Sequence record: PZ445447.1
Reading direction: 5' to 3' (one strand)
Source of the DNA: a phage
DNA length: 64,000 nucleotides
The position numbers and the translations under genes are program-made. This document shows, piece after piece, positions 18,298 to 26,806 of the stretch. Every line of letters starts with the position of its first letter. Position 1 is the stretch's first letter. The notes below the pieces were generated by a model. It saw only the letters and a program-made list of their open reading frames with translations, made no database searches and was not told the origin of the DNA.

Positions 18298-18543
18298 ATG
18301 GCAGCACTAATCACCAAATATTATGCCCCTACCAACACCAAAAGCGCCCGTATCATGGTAAAAGGATTCGGACGTAAAAAGGTGTACACCTGGGATTATG
18401 CCTTAGACACGGAAGACAACTACACCAACGCGATGACCGATTTTATTAATGATCTGAACACGCGGATCTTGACAAATTATAAAATTACCGATATTGCCTA
18501 TATAGGGGAAGGCGGGATCTGTTTTGTCGGTATCGTCAAATAA
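18298..18543 (+). CDS. hypothetical protein
   Basis: ATAGGAGTTAAAACCATG leader (same as gene at 22912); 81 aa. Confidence 0.6.
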   Translation: MAALITKYYAPTNTKSARIMVKGFGRKKVYTWDYALDTEDNYTNAMTDFINDLNTRILTNYKITDIAYIGEGGICFVGIVK

Positions 18544-18554
18544 GCTGTTTTTTC

Positions 18555-18590
18555 GGTGGTCCTGGTAGCAGGGCCATCTATAAAGATAGT
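18555..18590 (+). repeat. degenerate copy of the intergenic cassette
   Basis: GGTGGTCCTGGTAGCAGGGCCATCTATAAAGATAGT shares the GGGCCATC-ATAAAG core. Confidence 0.4.
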
Positions 18591-18618
18591 TTATCAATAC
18601 AATGAAAGGAGAAAGTAC

Positions 18619-18972
18619 ATGATCAGCGGGGCAAGTTTTATTATTGGCGCTATTGCTACGGCTTTAATTGTAAACAAGATCCAATCTAAAAACGAAAAAG
18701 ATAGCAACGCCCTTACAGAATACCCGTTTTGGGTATTCAACGACAATGAAGACTATATTATCAAGTACAAGAATGAGAAGGGCGACCAGGTAACACCGCG
18801 ACCGATCCCGGCTTACAAGATGCAAGAAACACTATACCGCCTAAAGGCTGGAGGCGCAAAAATCGTAGACTTTTGGGGATACGATCACACAGATCAGGAA
18901 GTTATAAAGCGCCGTATCCGGGCTATTCAGGCCAATATTGAAGTTAGCAAGGGGGGAATATATGAAGATTAA
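18619..18972 (+). CDS. hypothetical membrane-anchored protein
   Basis: AAAGGAGAAAGTACATG; N-terminal TM helix; in frame with ORF 18556-18972. Confidence 0.55.
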   Translation: MISGASFIIGAIATALIVNKIQSKNEKDSNALTEYPFWVFNDNEDYIIKYKNEKGDQVTPRPIPAYKMQETLYRLKAGGAKIVDFWGYDHTDQEVIKRRIRAIQANIEVSKGGIYED

Positions 18973-19159
18973 TTTTGAGAAGATTGTAAAGCGATCTCAT
19001 GCTTCCGAAGAGCTGCCGGAACGCCGCCAGCGCAACAATAAACTGAATAAGCCAAAAAGATTTGGGAAGATCTGGCGGAATCATTATGATCGCAAATTAC
19101 CGGGCCTGCTTTTGGAACGTGAACGACAGGCGGAACGATACCGCCACAAAGGCAAATAA
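18962..19159 (+). CDS. hypothetical small basic protein
   Basis: AAGGGGGG RBS; R/K-rich; 65 aa. Confidence 0.5.
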   Translation: MKINFEKIVKRSHASEELPERRQRNNKLNKPKRFGKIWRNHYDRKLPGLLLERERQAERYRHKGK

Positions 19160-19167
19160 CAACCAAC

Positions 19168-19194
19168 GCCCCGCCATTGTGCGGGGCTTTTTAT
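19168..19194 (+). terminator. rho-independent terminator
   Basis: CGCCCCGCC-ATTGT-GCGGGGC then TTTTT. Confidence 0.7.
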
Positions 19195-19340
19195 TTCTAT
19201 CCTACAAATAGCGCCCCTGGTTGGCCCTGTAAGCGCCAAAAAGGCCCCACCTATGCAATCGCCCCCCTTTAACCTGAAAACATCGCTTAGGGCCGTTTTA
19301 TGGCGTTAAAAATATCATTGACAGTGATTTTATTTAAAGC

Positions 19341-19368
19341 TTGACATCTTAAACAGGTTAGCTATACT
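19341..19368 (+). promoter_or_regulatory. sigma70-type promoter
   Basis: TTGACA, 16 nt spacer, TATACT; a second TTGACA lies 25 nt upstream. Confidence 0.6.
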
Positions 19369-19400
19369 AACCACATCAAAGAGAGAAAGGAGTAAACGCC

Positions 19401-19661
19401 ATGCGTAAATTAAAAAATTTTGATAAAGTTGATGTTGTCCTGAATAATTTTTACTACTGCAACAACAAGGCCATTTGGTGGCGTGATAGTTCCACCGATA
19501 AAGTCAAGGCGCGCTTTCTCCAGGGGCACTGGCAAGGCCGCCCAGTGATTAAAATCATGGGGCAATTGGTAGCGTTTAAAAATTGCCGCCGTGTTGATGA
19601 CGTTGAAGAGATCTTGAATATTTTACGCCACAATAATTTAAAAAATAGTGTTGACAAGTAA
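19401..19661 (+). CDS. hypothetical protein
   Basis: GAGAAAGGAG RBS; 86 aa. Confidence 0.6.
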   Translation: MRKLKNFDKVDVVLNNFYYCNNKAIWWRDSSTDKVKARFLQGHWQGRPVIKIMGQLVAFKNCRRVDDVEEILNILRHNNLKNSVDK

Positions 19662-19679
19662 ATCTCAATAAGTATACTT
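19651..19679 (+). promoter_or_regulatory. sigma70-type promoter
   Basis: TTGACA, 17 nt spacer, TATACT; followed by hairpin GGCGGGAAGTTTTCCCGCC. Confidence 0.65.
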
Positions 19680-19735
19680 AAGCACACAGGCGGGAAGTTT
19701 TCCCGCCACTAACAAAGAAAATAGGAGAAAATATC

Positions 19736-20359
19736 ATGACCACCGTTAACATTACCACAGGTTGCAATTTATCTTTCGACGTGCTGACCGACGAACAAAA
19801 AGAAAAAGCTATTGAAATGGTCCGCGAAAGAGAAGAACACAGCGGAGAGGATTTTTTCGCAGAAAGTGTAATTGAATATTATAAAGAACAAGTTTTTCCA
19901 GAGTACGGCCTTGAAGATACCGATGTACATTGGTCCGGCTTTTGGTGTCAAGGCGATGGCGCGTCAATTAGTGCTGAAAATGTAGACTTAGAGAAATTCT
20001 TGCGTAAAGTCAAGGCCCTGACCAAGTTCCGATCAATTCGTCACTTGTTCGGCACAATGCACGATGGCGAACTATCAGCCAGTGTTGAACGCGACAAGTA
20101 CAGCCATTACAGCCATGAAAACACTGTAAGCGGATATATTGATACTACCTGGCTAGATCTGACCGCAAAACAAGAAAATAAAGTAGAAGATCTGGAAGAG
20201 CTGATCACCGAGACGGTACGGGAGCTATCCCGCAAGGTTTATGTAGACCTGGAGGAGGCCTATCTTGAACAGTTTACTACCGAAAACCTGATCGGCCTTA
20301 TTGAAGCCAATGATTGGCGGTTTGATGTGGATGAATATGGAGAAATGAGTTTTTCATAA
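19736..20359 (+). CDS. hypothetical protein
   Basis: AATAGGAGAAAATATCATG leader; 207 aa; no confident family. Confidence 0.6.
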   Translation: MTTVNITTGCNLSFDVLTDEQKEKAIEMVREREEHSGEDFFAESVIEYYKEQVFPEYGLEDTDVHWSGFWCQGDGASISAENVDLEKFLRKVKALTKFRSIRHLFGTMHDGELSASVERDKYSHYSHENTVSGYIDTTWLDLTAKQENKVEDLEELITETVRELSRKVYVDLEEAYLEQFTTENLIGLIEANDWRFDVDEYGEMSFS

Positions 20360-20450
20360 ATAAAGTGTTGCAATAATCTAAAAACCTGCTATATTAAAAC
20401 TTAAGGGGGCGAGATGACTTGCCCCCACACAAAACAAAGAGGAAAACATC

Positions 20451-20831
20451 ATGAAAAACACTACTAAAGCTATTGACACCGTTATGTTTAACCTGGTTAC
20501 ATTCCGTGAAGATATGAAAGATCTTCCACGTGAAACAGTGTGCGACCATATCGAAAACTATCGCAAACTAATCAAAGAGTTGCCTTTAAAACGTGACCAG
20601 TACGCGGCTAACGCTATGCTTAACGCCATGATCAAGAAAATGATTCAGTGCGATTTGACTTTAGCTTATGATTATGCAGGTGGTCGTTTTGCAGTATACA
20701 ATCAGCCCGTGCCTGGTATGAGCACCACAGAAGAATTGCACGCGTTAAATCTAAAACAAGACGTATGGGATAACATGCCCCGCGTGGTGGTGTGGGCAGA
20801 AAGCGGAAAGATTTACGGCGATAATTTTTAA
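20451..20831 (+). CDS. hypothetical protein
   Basis: Promoter, hairpin GGGGGCGAGATGACTTGCCCCC and AAAGAGGAAAACATCATG leader. Confidence 0.6.
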   Translation: MKNTTKAIDTVMFNLVTFREDMKDLPRETVCDHIENYRKLIKELPLKRDQYAANAMLNAMIKKMIQCDLTLAYDYAGGRFAVYNQPVPGMSTTEELHALNLKQDVWDNMPRVVVWAESGKIYGDNF

Positions 20832-20840
20832 TCAGGTAAC

Positions 20841-20866
20841 AGGCGGCATATTTGCCGCCTTATTGT
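20841..20866 (+). terminator. rho-independent terminator
   Basis: AGGCGGCATATTTGCCGCCT then T-rich. Confidence 0.65.
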
Positions 20867-20895
20867 TAAACAGAACTGCAAAAGAGGTACATAGA

Positions 20896-21267
20896 ATGGA
20901 ATTTATTATTTTGGCTGTAGTAGTTGCCTTGTTCAACGCCTGGATCGCTGGCAAGATGGGTAGATCCGCTTTTCTATGGTTTGTTATATCTATTTTCCTG
21001 GGAGTGGTTGCAACTATTGTATTGGTTATCCTTGCAATTGTTGACAAGGGGAATAATAGAAAGGGTAAAGTATTTTCAGACCTGTACGACGCTCAAACGT
21101 TTGTCAACGCCTATTATAGTGATCTTCCAGTCTCCCTACGTTGCAGCCTTGCACAACAGGTTTTCGATGAAGCTAAAACCAGAGATCACGCCCATGAGAT
21201 TTGTTTAACTGAGGCGGATCGCCTATTTGAGAGGAATAGAAAATATGTGGACCAGCCGTTTAAATAA
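20896..21267 (+). CDS. hypothetical membrane protein (two predicted TM helices)
   Basis: AAAGAGG RBS; in frame with ORF 20863-21267. Confidence 0.55.
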   Translation: MEFIILAVVVALFNAWIAGKMGRSAFLWFVISIFLGVVATIVLVILAIVDKGNNRKGKVFSDLYDAQTFVNAYYSDLPVSLRCSLAQQVFDEAKTRDHAHEICLTEADRLFERNRKYVDQPFK

Positions 21268-21377
21268 TGCCACGTTAATTAACCCCTTTAGTGAAGATTT
21301 GAAGCCAGCCGCCTGGCGGGATGGATTCAATAACGAAAGCTTTATTTTCAGGCCTGATCTTAAGGAATTTTATAACA

Positions 21378-21503
21378 ATGGATCGAACAACGACAGAGAT
21401 AATTTTTCTTGTAATGTGCGTGGTGATAATACTCCTGGGGGCCATTGCAAACCACGTCACTGCTAACAGGAGGAAAGGGGGAGACGATGACACCCAAGGA
21501 TAA
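21378..21503 (+). CDS. hypothetical small membrane peptide (41 aa)
   Basis: AAGGA upstream; TM helix IIFLVMCVVIILLGAI with charged tail; the overlapping ORF 21245-21466 is N-rich low complexity. Confidence 0.4.
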   Translation: MDRTTTEIIFLVMCVVIILLGAIANHVTANRRKGGDDDTQG

Positions 21504-21606
21504 GCCCCGCACCGATAAGGCGCGCCGTGTTATGGTATGGCTTGAGATCATCGCCCTTGAAATATTGTTAGGCGTAGGGATGTATTTTATCGCTGTAAGT
21601 AACTGA
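21487..21606 (+). CDS. hypothetical small membrane peptide (39 aa)
   Basis: AGGAGGAAAGGGGGAG RBS; basic N-terminus then TM helix; not in ORF track. Confidence 0.4.
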   Translation: MTPKDKPRTDKARRVMVWLEIIALEILLGVGMYFIAVSN

Positions 21607-21745
21607 TAACGGCCCCGATCCCTGGGGCCTAACTTTTCAAATTTTTTCTCCCTGAGTGTTGCAATCCGATCCAGAATATGGATAATAACAATCAACGGGG
21701 AGACACTCCCCACCGCATAGACAAAGTTCCAAAAGGAGAAACAAA

Positions 21746-21946
21746 ATGAGCAACAATATCCGCGTTATTAACTTCAAAAAAGAAGAAAAAATTGCCGTGC
21801 TGATTGACGGTCAAGAAATCTTTAAAGGTGATTATGAAGATCATCAAACGGCGATTAGTATCACTCGCGTGATTGGTTACCATAATTTTTACCCTCAAGG
21901 CGCTGAGGCAGCAGTAAAACGAATTAAAGAGATTGTAGGCCTGTAA
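21746..21946 (+). CDS. hypothetical protein
   Basis: TTGCAA...TGGATAATAA promoter-like sequence, hairpin GGGGAGACACTCCCC, AAAGGAGAAACAAAATG. Confidence 0.6.
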   Translation: MSNNIRVINFKKEEKIAVLIDGQEIFKGDYEDHQTAISITRVIGYHNFYPQGAEAAVKRIKEIVGL

Positions 21947-21948
21947 AA

Positions 21949-21994
21949 TTTATTTTTAGATGGCCTTGACTCCAGGGCCATCAATAAAGTAAAT
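21949..21994 (+). repeat. repeated intergenic cassette, copy 3
   Basis: TTTATTTTTAGATGGCCTTGACTCCAGGGCCATCAATAAAGTAAAT. Confidence 0.7.
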
Positions 21995-22031
21995 TTAAAC
22001 CCTGTTAAAATAATCAGTGCAAAAAGGAGTA

Positions 22032-22337
22032 ATGATCATGTTTATCCAGGCTAATAATCTTTATTTCTTTGATGGTCAGATCGTAGACGGCGTGGAGGTG
22101 GAAATCACCGGGTGCCCTGGCGGTCAGGTTATGACTTTTCGGAATAATGCCTTTGATGATTCTCATATCGTTATGAGAATGGAAGTTAGTAAGCTGGATG
22201 ACAAGAAAACACTTATCGACTATTCCGTCAAAGATCATCCAGACTACCACATGATCTATGGTGATTTGTGCATTGTTGACCGTGACAAGGTGGGCGGCAT
22301 TGTGATCGCTATTGTGAACGATGTTTTCTCAAACTAA
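22032..22337 (+). CDS. hypothetical protein
   Basis: AAAGGAG RBS; in frame with ORF 22017-22337. Confidence 0.55.
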   Translation: MIMFIQANNLYFFDGQIVDGVEVEITGCPGGQVMTFRNNAFDDSHIVMRMEVSKLDDKKTLIDYSVKDHPDYHMIYGDLCIVDRDKVGGIVIAIVNDVFSN

Positions 22338-22354
22338 TTTCAGCAGGTGATTTT

Positions 22355-22705
22355 ATGAAAGTAAAACTATATTACCTTAATGAGCTTAACCCCCTTGCCC
22401 AGGTCCGCGCCCTGGCTAATACCTTGATTTGTGAGAAATCTGTATATTGTGTTGAGCTTAACGCCATGCGTGAACGTCTCAAAGGTGGTTACTTTGACAT
22501 CCATGCTGCAATCAACGGCCTGAATATGGAATTTATCCGCTTACGTAACAGCCGCCAGAATCTGGCAAGAATGGAACAAGATCCGGCCCACCTTCGTAAG
22601 CTGGTTATTGAAAATCATCTGATGTTTAATGCCGATGGTGATTATTACCATTTTCACCGTAAACGCTGGTACCGTAGCGGCAATATAGGAAAGAATGCAA
22701 AATAA
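22355..22705 (+). CDS. hypothetical protein
   Basis: 116 aa; followed by two hairpins. Confidence 0.55.
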   Translation: MKVKLYYLNELNPLAQVRALANTLICEKSVYCVELNAMRERLKGGYFDIHAAINGLNMEFIRLRNSRQNLARMEQDPAHLRKLVIENHLMFNADGDYYHFHRKRWYRSGNIGKNAK

Positions 22706-22742
22706 GGCCCCTGGCAGGGCCTGCAGCGATATAATCACATAA

Positions 22743-22774
22743 AGGCTATGCGGTTGCATAGCCTTTATTATTTT
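22743..22774 (+). terminator. rho-independent terminator
   Basis: AGGCTATGCGGTTGCATAGCCT then TTATTATTTT. Confidence 0.7.
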
Positions 22775-22911
22775 GGCGTTACAGCGGCCCCCAAGGCGCT
22801 TAAAAAATTTTTAAAGAAGTACTTGCATCAAGTCCTACAATATGGATAATAAAGGGTGTCGGGGGGCGGGGAGGCCTCCAATCATTAACCGGATAGATAG
22901 GAGTTAAAACC

Positions 22912-23196
22912 ATGGCTATTGTTACCGTTGGCGATGTAATAGAAATGGAAGCCAAATACTTAAAAGCTGGTATGCATATCATACGGAATGATCAAGAATT
23001 GTTATTAACCATGGTTGAATATAATCCCGGTCAGGATTATCCAAGCATTGACTACTTTTTCCAGTATGTTGATGAAGAATTAAAAGAGGATGAGGCTTAT
23101 CAGGGTGAATTTTGTAATTTCTTTTGCTCTGATGAGGTTGTAAAAGTTATCTATCAACCTGGCGTACCTTTCCCGCTGCACGCTATCAATAAATAA
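22912..23196 (+). CDS. hypothetical protein
   Basis: ATAGGAGTTAAAACCATG leader; 94 aa. Confidence 0.6.
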   Translation: MAIVTVGDVIEMEAKYLKAGMHIIRNDQELLLTMVEYNPGQDYPSIDYFFQYVDEELKEDEAYQGEFCNFFCSDEVVKVIYQPGVPFPLHAINK

Positions 23197-23252
23197 ACCT
23201 GGCGGGGCCGAAAAGGCCCCCCAATTATGAAAATAAAGAGAGGCAAATCATC

Positions 23253-23486
23253 ATGATGGAACAAATTAAACGCGCCGAGGCTATTAATGGCAACGTGATC
23301 TATTTTGTCAGCAAAAACGAAAAAGGCGTACCCTATGCGGCTGTAATAGTACAGCCTGACGGCGATTATTGGTGCACTGTGTACGGCGCTTATTCTTTTG
23401 GGCGTCCAGTGCATGATAAAATTTTGAAAGTAGCGAACCCTACCGGGAAAAATATTACAGCAGAAAAATTTTTTGAAAATAGTTGA
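23253..23486 (+). CDS. hypothetical protein
   Basis: AAGAGAGG RBS; 77 aa. Confidence 0.55.
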   Translation: MMEQIKRAEAINGNVIYFVSKNEKGVPYAAVIVQPDGDYWCTVYGAYSFGRPVHDKILKVANPTGKNITAEKFFENS

Positions 23487-23510
23487 CATGACCTTATAAG
23501 ACTGTAGAAT
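23483..23510 (+). promoter_or_regulatory. sigma70-type promoter
   Basis: TTGACA, 16 nt spacer, TAGAAT; followed by hairpin GGGGGCAACAAGCCCC. Confidence 0.6.
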
Positions 23511-23561
23511 ATAAATCAAAGGGGGCAACAAGCCCCACCAACCACAAAGAGGATAAAAATC

Positions 23562-23741
23562 ATGGCTATTATTGCAAAGACTGAGATCGTAGGCTTAGAT
23601 TCTATTCTCCTCGCATATGAGGAAGCTATAGAAATGTATGTGGTTTCCTATGGTGAATATATCCGTGAATATAAATCTATTGATCTAGCTTTTGAATGTT
23701 ATATTCGCCAGGTCAATAAAGCATATGATGATTATCGTTAA
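23562..23741 (+). CDS. hypothetical small protein (59 aa)
   Basis: Complete promoter-hairpin-AAAGAGGATAAAAATCATG module; clean 59-codon frame; not in ORF track. Confidence 0.5.
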   Translation: MAIIAKTEIVGLDSILLAYEEAIEMYVVSYGEYIREYKSIDLAFECYIRQVNKAYDDYR

Positions 23742-23747
23742 AATAGT

Positions 23748-23776
23748 TTGACAACAGTCAACAATCTGGTAAAGTG
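23748..23776 (+). promoter_or_regulatory. sigma70-type promoter
   Basis: TTGACAACAGTCA (same -35 context as the promoter at 8022); followed by hairpin GCGGGAATACTTCCCGC. Confidence 0.5.
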
Positions 23777-23823
23777 TACTACATAGCGCGGGAATACTTC
23801 CCGCCATTAATGAGGGTAATTTA

Positions 23824-23961
23824 ATGAAAACTTTCAACGCAACAGCCTCGACAATTGGTTATATTATTACAGTACAGGCCGTGGATCTGGTAGCAGCAGC
23901 AAACAAGATTAAAAAGATGATTCCGCCAGGTAGTGAATTTTCCGTTTGGGAAGTAAAATAA
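23824..23961 (+). CDS. hypothetical small protein (45 aa)
   Basis: ATG after AATGAGGGTAA leader; frame verified codon by codon to TAA at 23959. Confidence 0.4.
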   Translation: MKTFNATASTIGYIITVQAVDLVAAANKIKKMIPPGSEFSVWEVK

Positions 23962-24044
23962 ATCTTGACAATAGTTTATTACTTGATAGACTGTATTTCG
24001 TAGGGCGGGGCAATAAGGCAACGCCCATTAATGAGGGTAGAATC

Positions 24045-24149
24045 ATGTTAGAGAAAATTTTCACGGTTGTAGTAGTTGGCCTGGCATTATCGGTTGGAGT
24101 GGTTGCAACTATGGCTAACATGATCCTATCTTCCCACGGTATCGGTTAA
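24045..24149 (+). CDS. hypothetical small hydrophobic peptide (34 aa)
   Basis: Promoter (TTGACA 23965), hairpin, AATGAGGGTAGAATCATG leader; sequence LEKIFTVVVVGLALSVGVVATMANMIL. Confidence 0.45.
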   Translation: MLEKIFTVVVVGLALSVGVVATMANMILSSHGIG

Positions 24150-24159
24150 GGTGAATCAA

Positions 24160-24375
24160 ATGATCACGAATAAGACAGGTAAAACAGAATTTTTACGCGG
24201 CTTGCAAATAGGTAAGCCTGAGATCTGGCATTGCACTAAAACACCACGTGACGAAATGAAAGACTTCACCGCCACGCTGCAACGGGTAAAGATATCCATC
24301 ACGCAGAAAAAGGCCTTGATAGTGGTGGAAGGTGAGATCCCTCAAACCGTTGTTATAGTTGAGCGTACAGCATAG
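24160..24375 (+). CDS. hypothetical protein
   Basis: AAGGTG RBS; 71 aa. Confidence 0.5.
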   Translation: MITNKTGKTEFLRGLQIGKPEIWHCTKTPRDEMKDFTATLQRVKISITQKKALIVVEGEIPQTVVIVERTA

Positions 24376-24466
24376 TTTAATTTATAGCGATACCTGAAAA
24401 TTAACCAATAAATCATAAACAGGCGGTTACCGCCGCCTTAAACGTAGCAGAAAGAGGCTAGACACA

Positions 24467-24751
24467 ATGAAAAAGATGATCGCAGTAGTTGCCCTGGTTG
24501 TTGGACTTAATGCGCCTGTAATGGCTAAAGAGCTGGCAAAAGAGGTTAATCTAACGGATATCCATGCCGTCAATCAAATCGGGGTTACTTATCGCTTATG
24601 CCTTGCCGCTAAAACTTTTAATGACGGCACAACAGAGTACTACGGATTCGAGGGTATCCGGTGCGGTGAGCTTGCTCGCGACCTTAAGGAAGATCCAGAC
24701 CTGGAAGATCTGCCCATCACCGTAAACGGTAAAGCTTACGTAAACCGTTAA
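24467..24751 (+). CDS. hypothetical secreted protein
   Basis: AAAGAGG RBS; N-terminal signal-peptide-like MKKMIAVVALVVGLNAPVMA. Confidence 0.6.
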   Translation: MKKMIAVVALVVGLNAPVMAKELAKEVNLTDIHAVNQIGVTYRLCLAAKTFNDGTTEYYGFEGIRCGELARDLKEDPDLEDLPITVNGKAYVNR

Positions 24752-24900
24752 CCGTGAAAAAGATAATCATTACCTTGGGGATTGTGGCGGGATCGCTGGC
24801 GCTCTTTCCCCTTATGGTTAGATATGTGCTGATCAGTATTGTCCTGGTGGTCAGTGATCTACTAGAAACGGTTGGCACCTTGTTTTAAAGAGCGATAAAA

Positions 24901-25092
24901 ATGAATGTTGAACAAGTTAGAAAGGTATTGGCGGTACTGCGTTATCATAATCATAGAAAGGTCATAGACGATCCTGATTATGTTGATTCAAGTCTGGAAG
25001 AGGATACACTACAAGCCATAAGTAACATGCAAGAATTGCTAAAGCGCATGACAGAGAAAAACCGACCGGACTACATAGGCGAAAAAATATAA
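24901..25092 (+). CDS. hypothetical protein
   Basis: ORF track; weak RBS; terminator-like hairpin downstream. Confidence 0.45.
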   Translation: MNVEQVRKVLAVLRYHNHRKVIDDPDYVDSSLEEDTLQAISNMQELLKRMTEKNRPDYIGEKI

Positions 25093-25151
25093 TCCTTATT
25101 AACTAGAAAACAGGGCTTGCAATGGTCCTGTTTTTTGTTATACTTATTACA

Positions 25152-25199
25152 CGGCAGGCACCTGGCGACGGGGGGAGACAATCACCGGGCCTGCCTGTC
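25152..25199. repeat. GC-rich imperfect palindrome element (copy 3, inverted)
   Basis: ACGGCAGGCACCTGGCGACGGGGGGAGACAATCACCGGGCCTGCCTGT; reverse complement matches the elements at 15791 and 15926. Confidence 0.55.
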
Positions 25200-25220
25200 A
25201 TATAAGAACTATAAAAACCG

Positions 25221-25249
25221 TTGACATCTGCCAGGTGGTGGGGTAACAT
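25221..25249 (+). promoter_or_regulatory. sigma70-type promoter
   Basis: TTGACA, 17 nt spacer, TAACAT; followed by hairpin GGGCAAAAGTGCCC. Confidence 0.55.
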
Positions 25250-25303
25250 TTATCTTGAAGGGGCAAAAGTGCCCACACAACAACCAGAAGAGAGGAAAAC
25301 ATT

Positions 25304-25576
25304 ATGTCAAGCTGGATTAATCAAGAAGTCGAATCACGTTTTAATGCTATTTGGGATCTCATCGAAAAAGAGGACGGAACATCAAGCCCTTATCTCAATA
25401 ATCTTGAATTCCATTTCGTGGAAGCGATGAACGCAGAACATGATCACGAAGGTGGTGCGGATGAGTTCGCTAAAGGGTATGGCTTCAACAATGCCAACGA
25501 AATGATCGAGGCGGTTGTACTCCAGGCTGAGGAAGATTATCAATTAAAAACGCTTGAATTCTGCCGCCGTAAGTAA
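25304..25576 (+). CDS. hypothetical protein
   Basis: AGAAGAGAGGAAAACATTATG leader; 90 aa. Confidence 0.6.
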   Translation: MSSWINQEVESRFNAIWDLIEKEDGTSSPYLNNLEFHFVEAMNAEHDHEGGADEFAKGYGFNNANEMIEAVVLQAEEDYQLKTLEFCRRK

Positions 25577-25636
25577 TAAGATAATGACACGGGCCAAAAG
25601 GCCCACTAATCAGAACCACACAAAGAGAGAAAGAAA

Positions 25637-25855
25637 ATGACAACCCGTAAAATTAAAGTTGTTTGCATTGAATCGACTGGGGGCGCTTTTGTAGTTGGTC
25701 AGGAATATAATGCGGTTTTAATGGGTACGGATTGGAAGGTTAAAGGCCTTAATGGTTACGAGTACGGCACTACTTGCGGCTTGCGTGGTCGAATCGGATA
25801 CGTGAGTTTAGACAACAAAGAAAAATTTGTTTTCGACACCGTTGTGAGTAAATAG
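25637..25855 (+). CDS. hypothetical protein
   Basis: AAAGAGAGAAAGAAAATG leader; 72 aa. Confidence 0.55.
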   Translation: MTTRKIKVVCIESTGGAFVVGQEYNAVLMGTDWKVKGLNGYEYGTTCGLRGRIGYVSLDNKEKFVFDTVVSK

Positions 25856-25933
25856 CATGAATTGCTAAAGACTGATCTGCGAACTGCTGTATTATCAACT
25901 AATCAAAACGAACCGCATAAAGAGGAAAACATC

Positions 25934-26197
25934 ATGAAACGTCTGGATCAGCTTAAATTAGTTCAGTACATGGCCTACAGAATTCTTGAAGTCCAAAAAG
26001 GTAGCAAAAAAGAGGTTTGCGAGAAAGCTTATAAGATCTTTACTCGCAAAAAAGATGACTGGATGCTACGCCAGACCAAAAAATCCGATATCCTGGGGTA
26101 CCTGGAAGAAGAGATCCGGCTTGAAGAACAAGAAGAGATCCGCCGCAGTGAGGCAGATTATCAGGCAGCTTGGGAAAACTGGATGAGCAACAAATAA
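25934..26197 (+). CDS. hypothetical protein
   Basis: AAAGAGGAAAACATCATG leader; in frame with ORF 25862-26197. Confidence 0.55.
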   Translation: MKRLDQLKLVQYMAYRILEVQKGSKKEVCEKAYKIFTRKKDDWMLRQTKKSDILGYLEEEIRLEEQEEIRRSEADYQAAWENWMSNK

Positions 26198-26263
26198 TAC
26201 AACAAGTTACGGTCAGGGGGGTAATAAAGCCCCTTGATCACATAAAAATTATGCTATCCCTGG

Positions 26264-26292
26264 TTGACAGGGATCGGCAGTTTTGCTATATT
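26264..26292 (+). promoter_or_regulatory. sigma70-type promoter
   Basis: TTGACA, 17 nt spacer, TATATT. Confidence 0.65.
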
Positions 26293-26341
26293 CTTTTTTG
26301 AAGGGGAGTTGTAAGAAAATTAACTAAGAGGTAAAAACACC

Positions 26342-26761
26342 ATGAACATTAAATCTAATAATCCGGCATATAGCTTTGATAACGCTTTTTGTCACGGTCC
26401 GGCGGCGAAAGGATTCGAAATCGATGGTAAACTAATTATTGTCAATGTTGACGGGGAAGAGGTTGCAGTATATCCGGTGGCAGACGTTAAAAGCCGTCTA
26501 CAATGCCGCATGGATGTTACCGCCTATCAGCTTGATCCGGTCCGCATAGTTGCCCTGGTCCTGGAAGAAGAAATTAAAGCCATGCACCATAGCAACAGAT
26601 TTATTGGTGACGCGCAGGATAATATGAAAGTATGCCGCCATAAAGTTAATGAAGTGCTTAAAGAGTACGGCTATAAAGATCTTATGATCAAACGCGAGGA
26701 AAAATTCCGCTACCGTAACGACCTGGCAAATCGGATTTTTGAAATATACGAATCATTATAA
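26342..26761 (+). CDS. hypothetical protein
   Basis: AAGAGGTAAAAACACCATG; 139 aa; last plus-strand gene before the convergent hub. Confidence 0.6.
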   Translation: MNIKSNNPAYSFDNAFCHGPAAKGFEIDGKLIIVNVDGEEVAVYPVADVKSRLQCRMDVTAYQLDPVRIVALVLEEEIKAMHHSNRFIGDAQDNMKVCRHKVNEVLKEYGYKDLMIKREEKFRYRNDLANRIFEIYESL

Positions 26762-26780
26762 TTTTTTAACTGAATTATCA

Positions 26781-26805
26781 AGGGGCTTAGGCCCCTTTCT
26801 TTTTG
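26781..26805 (+). terminator. rho-independent terminator
   Basis: AGGGGC-TTAG-GCCCCT then TTCTTTTTG. Confidence 0.7.
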
Positions 26806-26806
26806 T

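Noticed and set aside
21245-21466. 73 aa ORF from the track
   Set aside because: Asn-rich low-complexity translation; two overlapping short frames with better RBS encode plausible membrane peptides, which I preferred.
17579-21994. Possible CRISPR array from the repeated 46 bp cassette
   Set aside because: Copies are 0.6-3.7 kb apart with protein-coding genes between them, not regularly spaced repeats and spacers.
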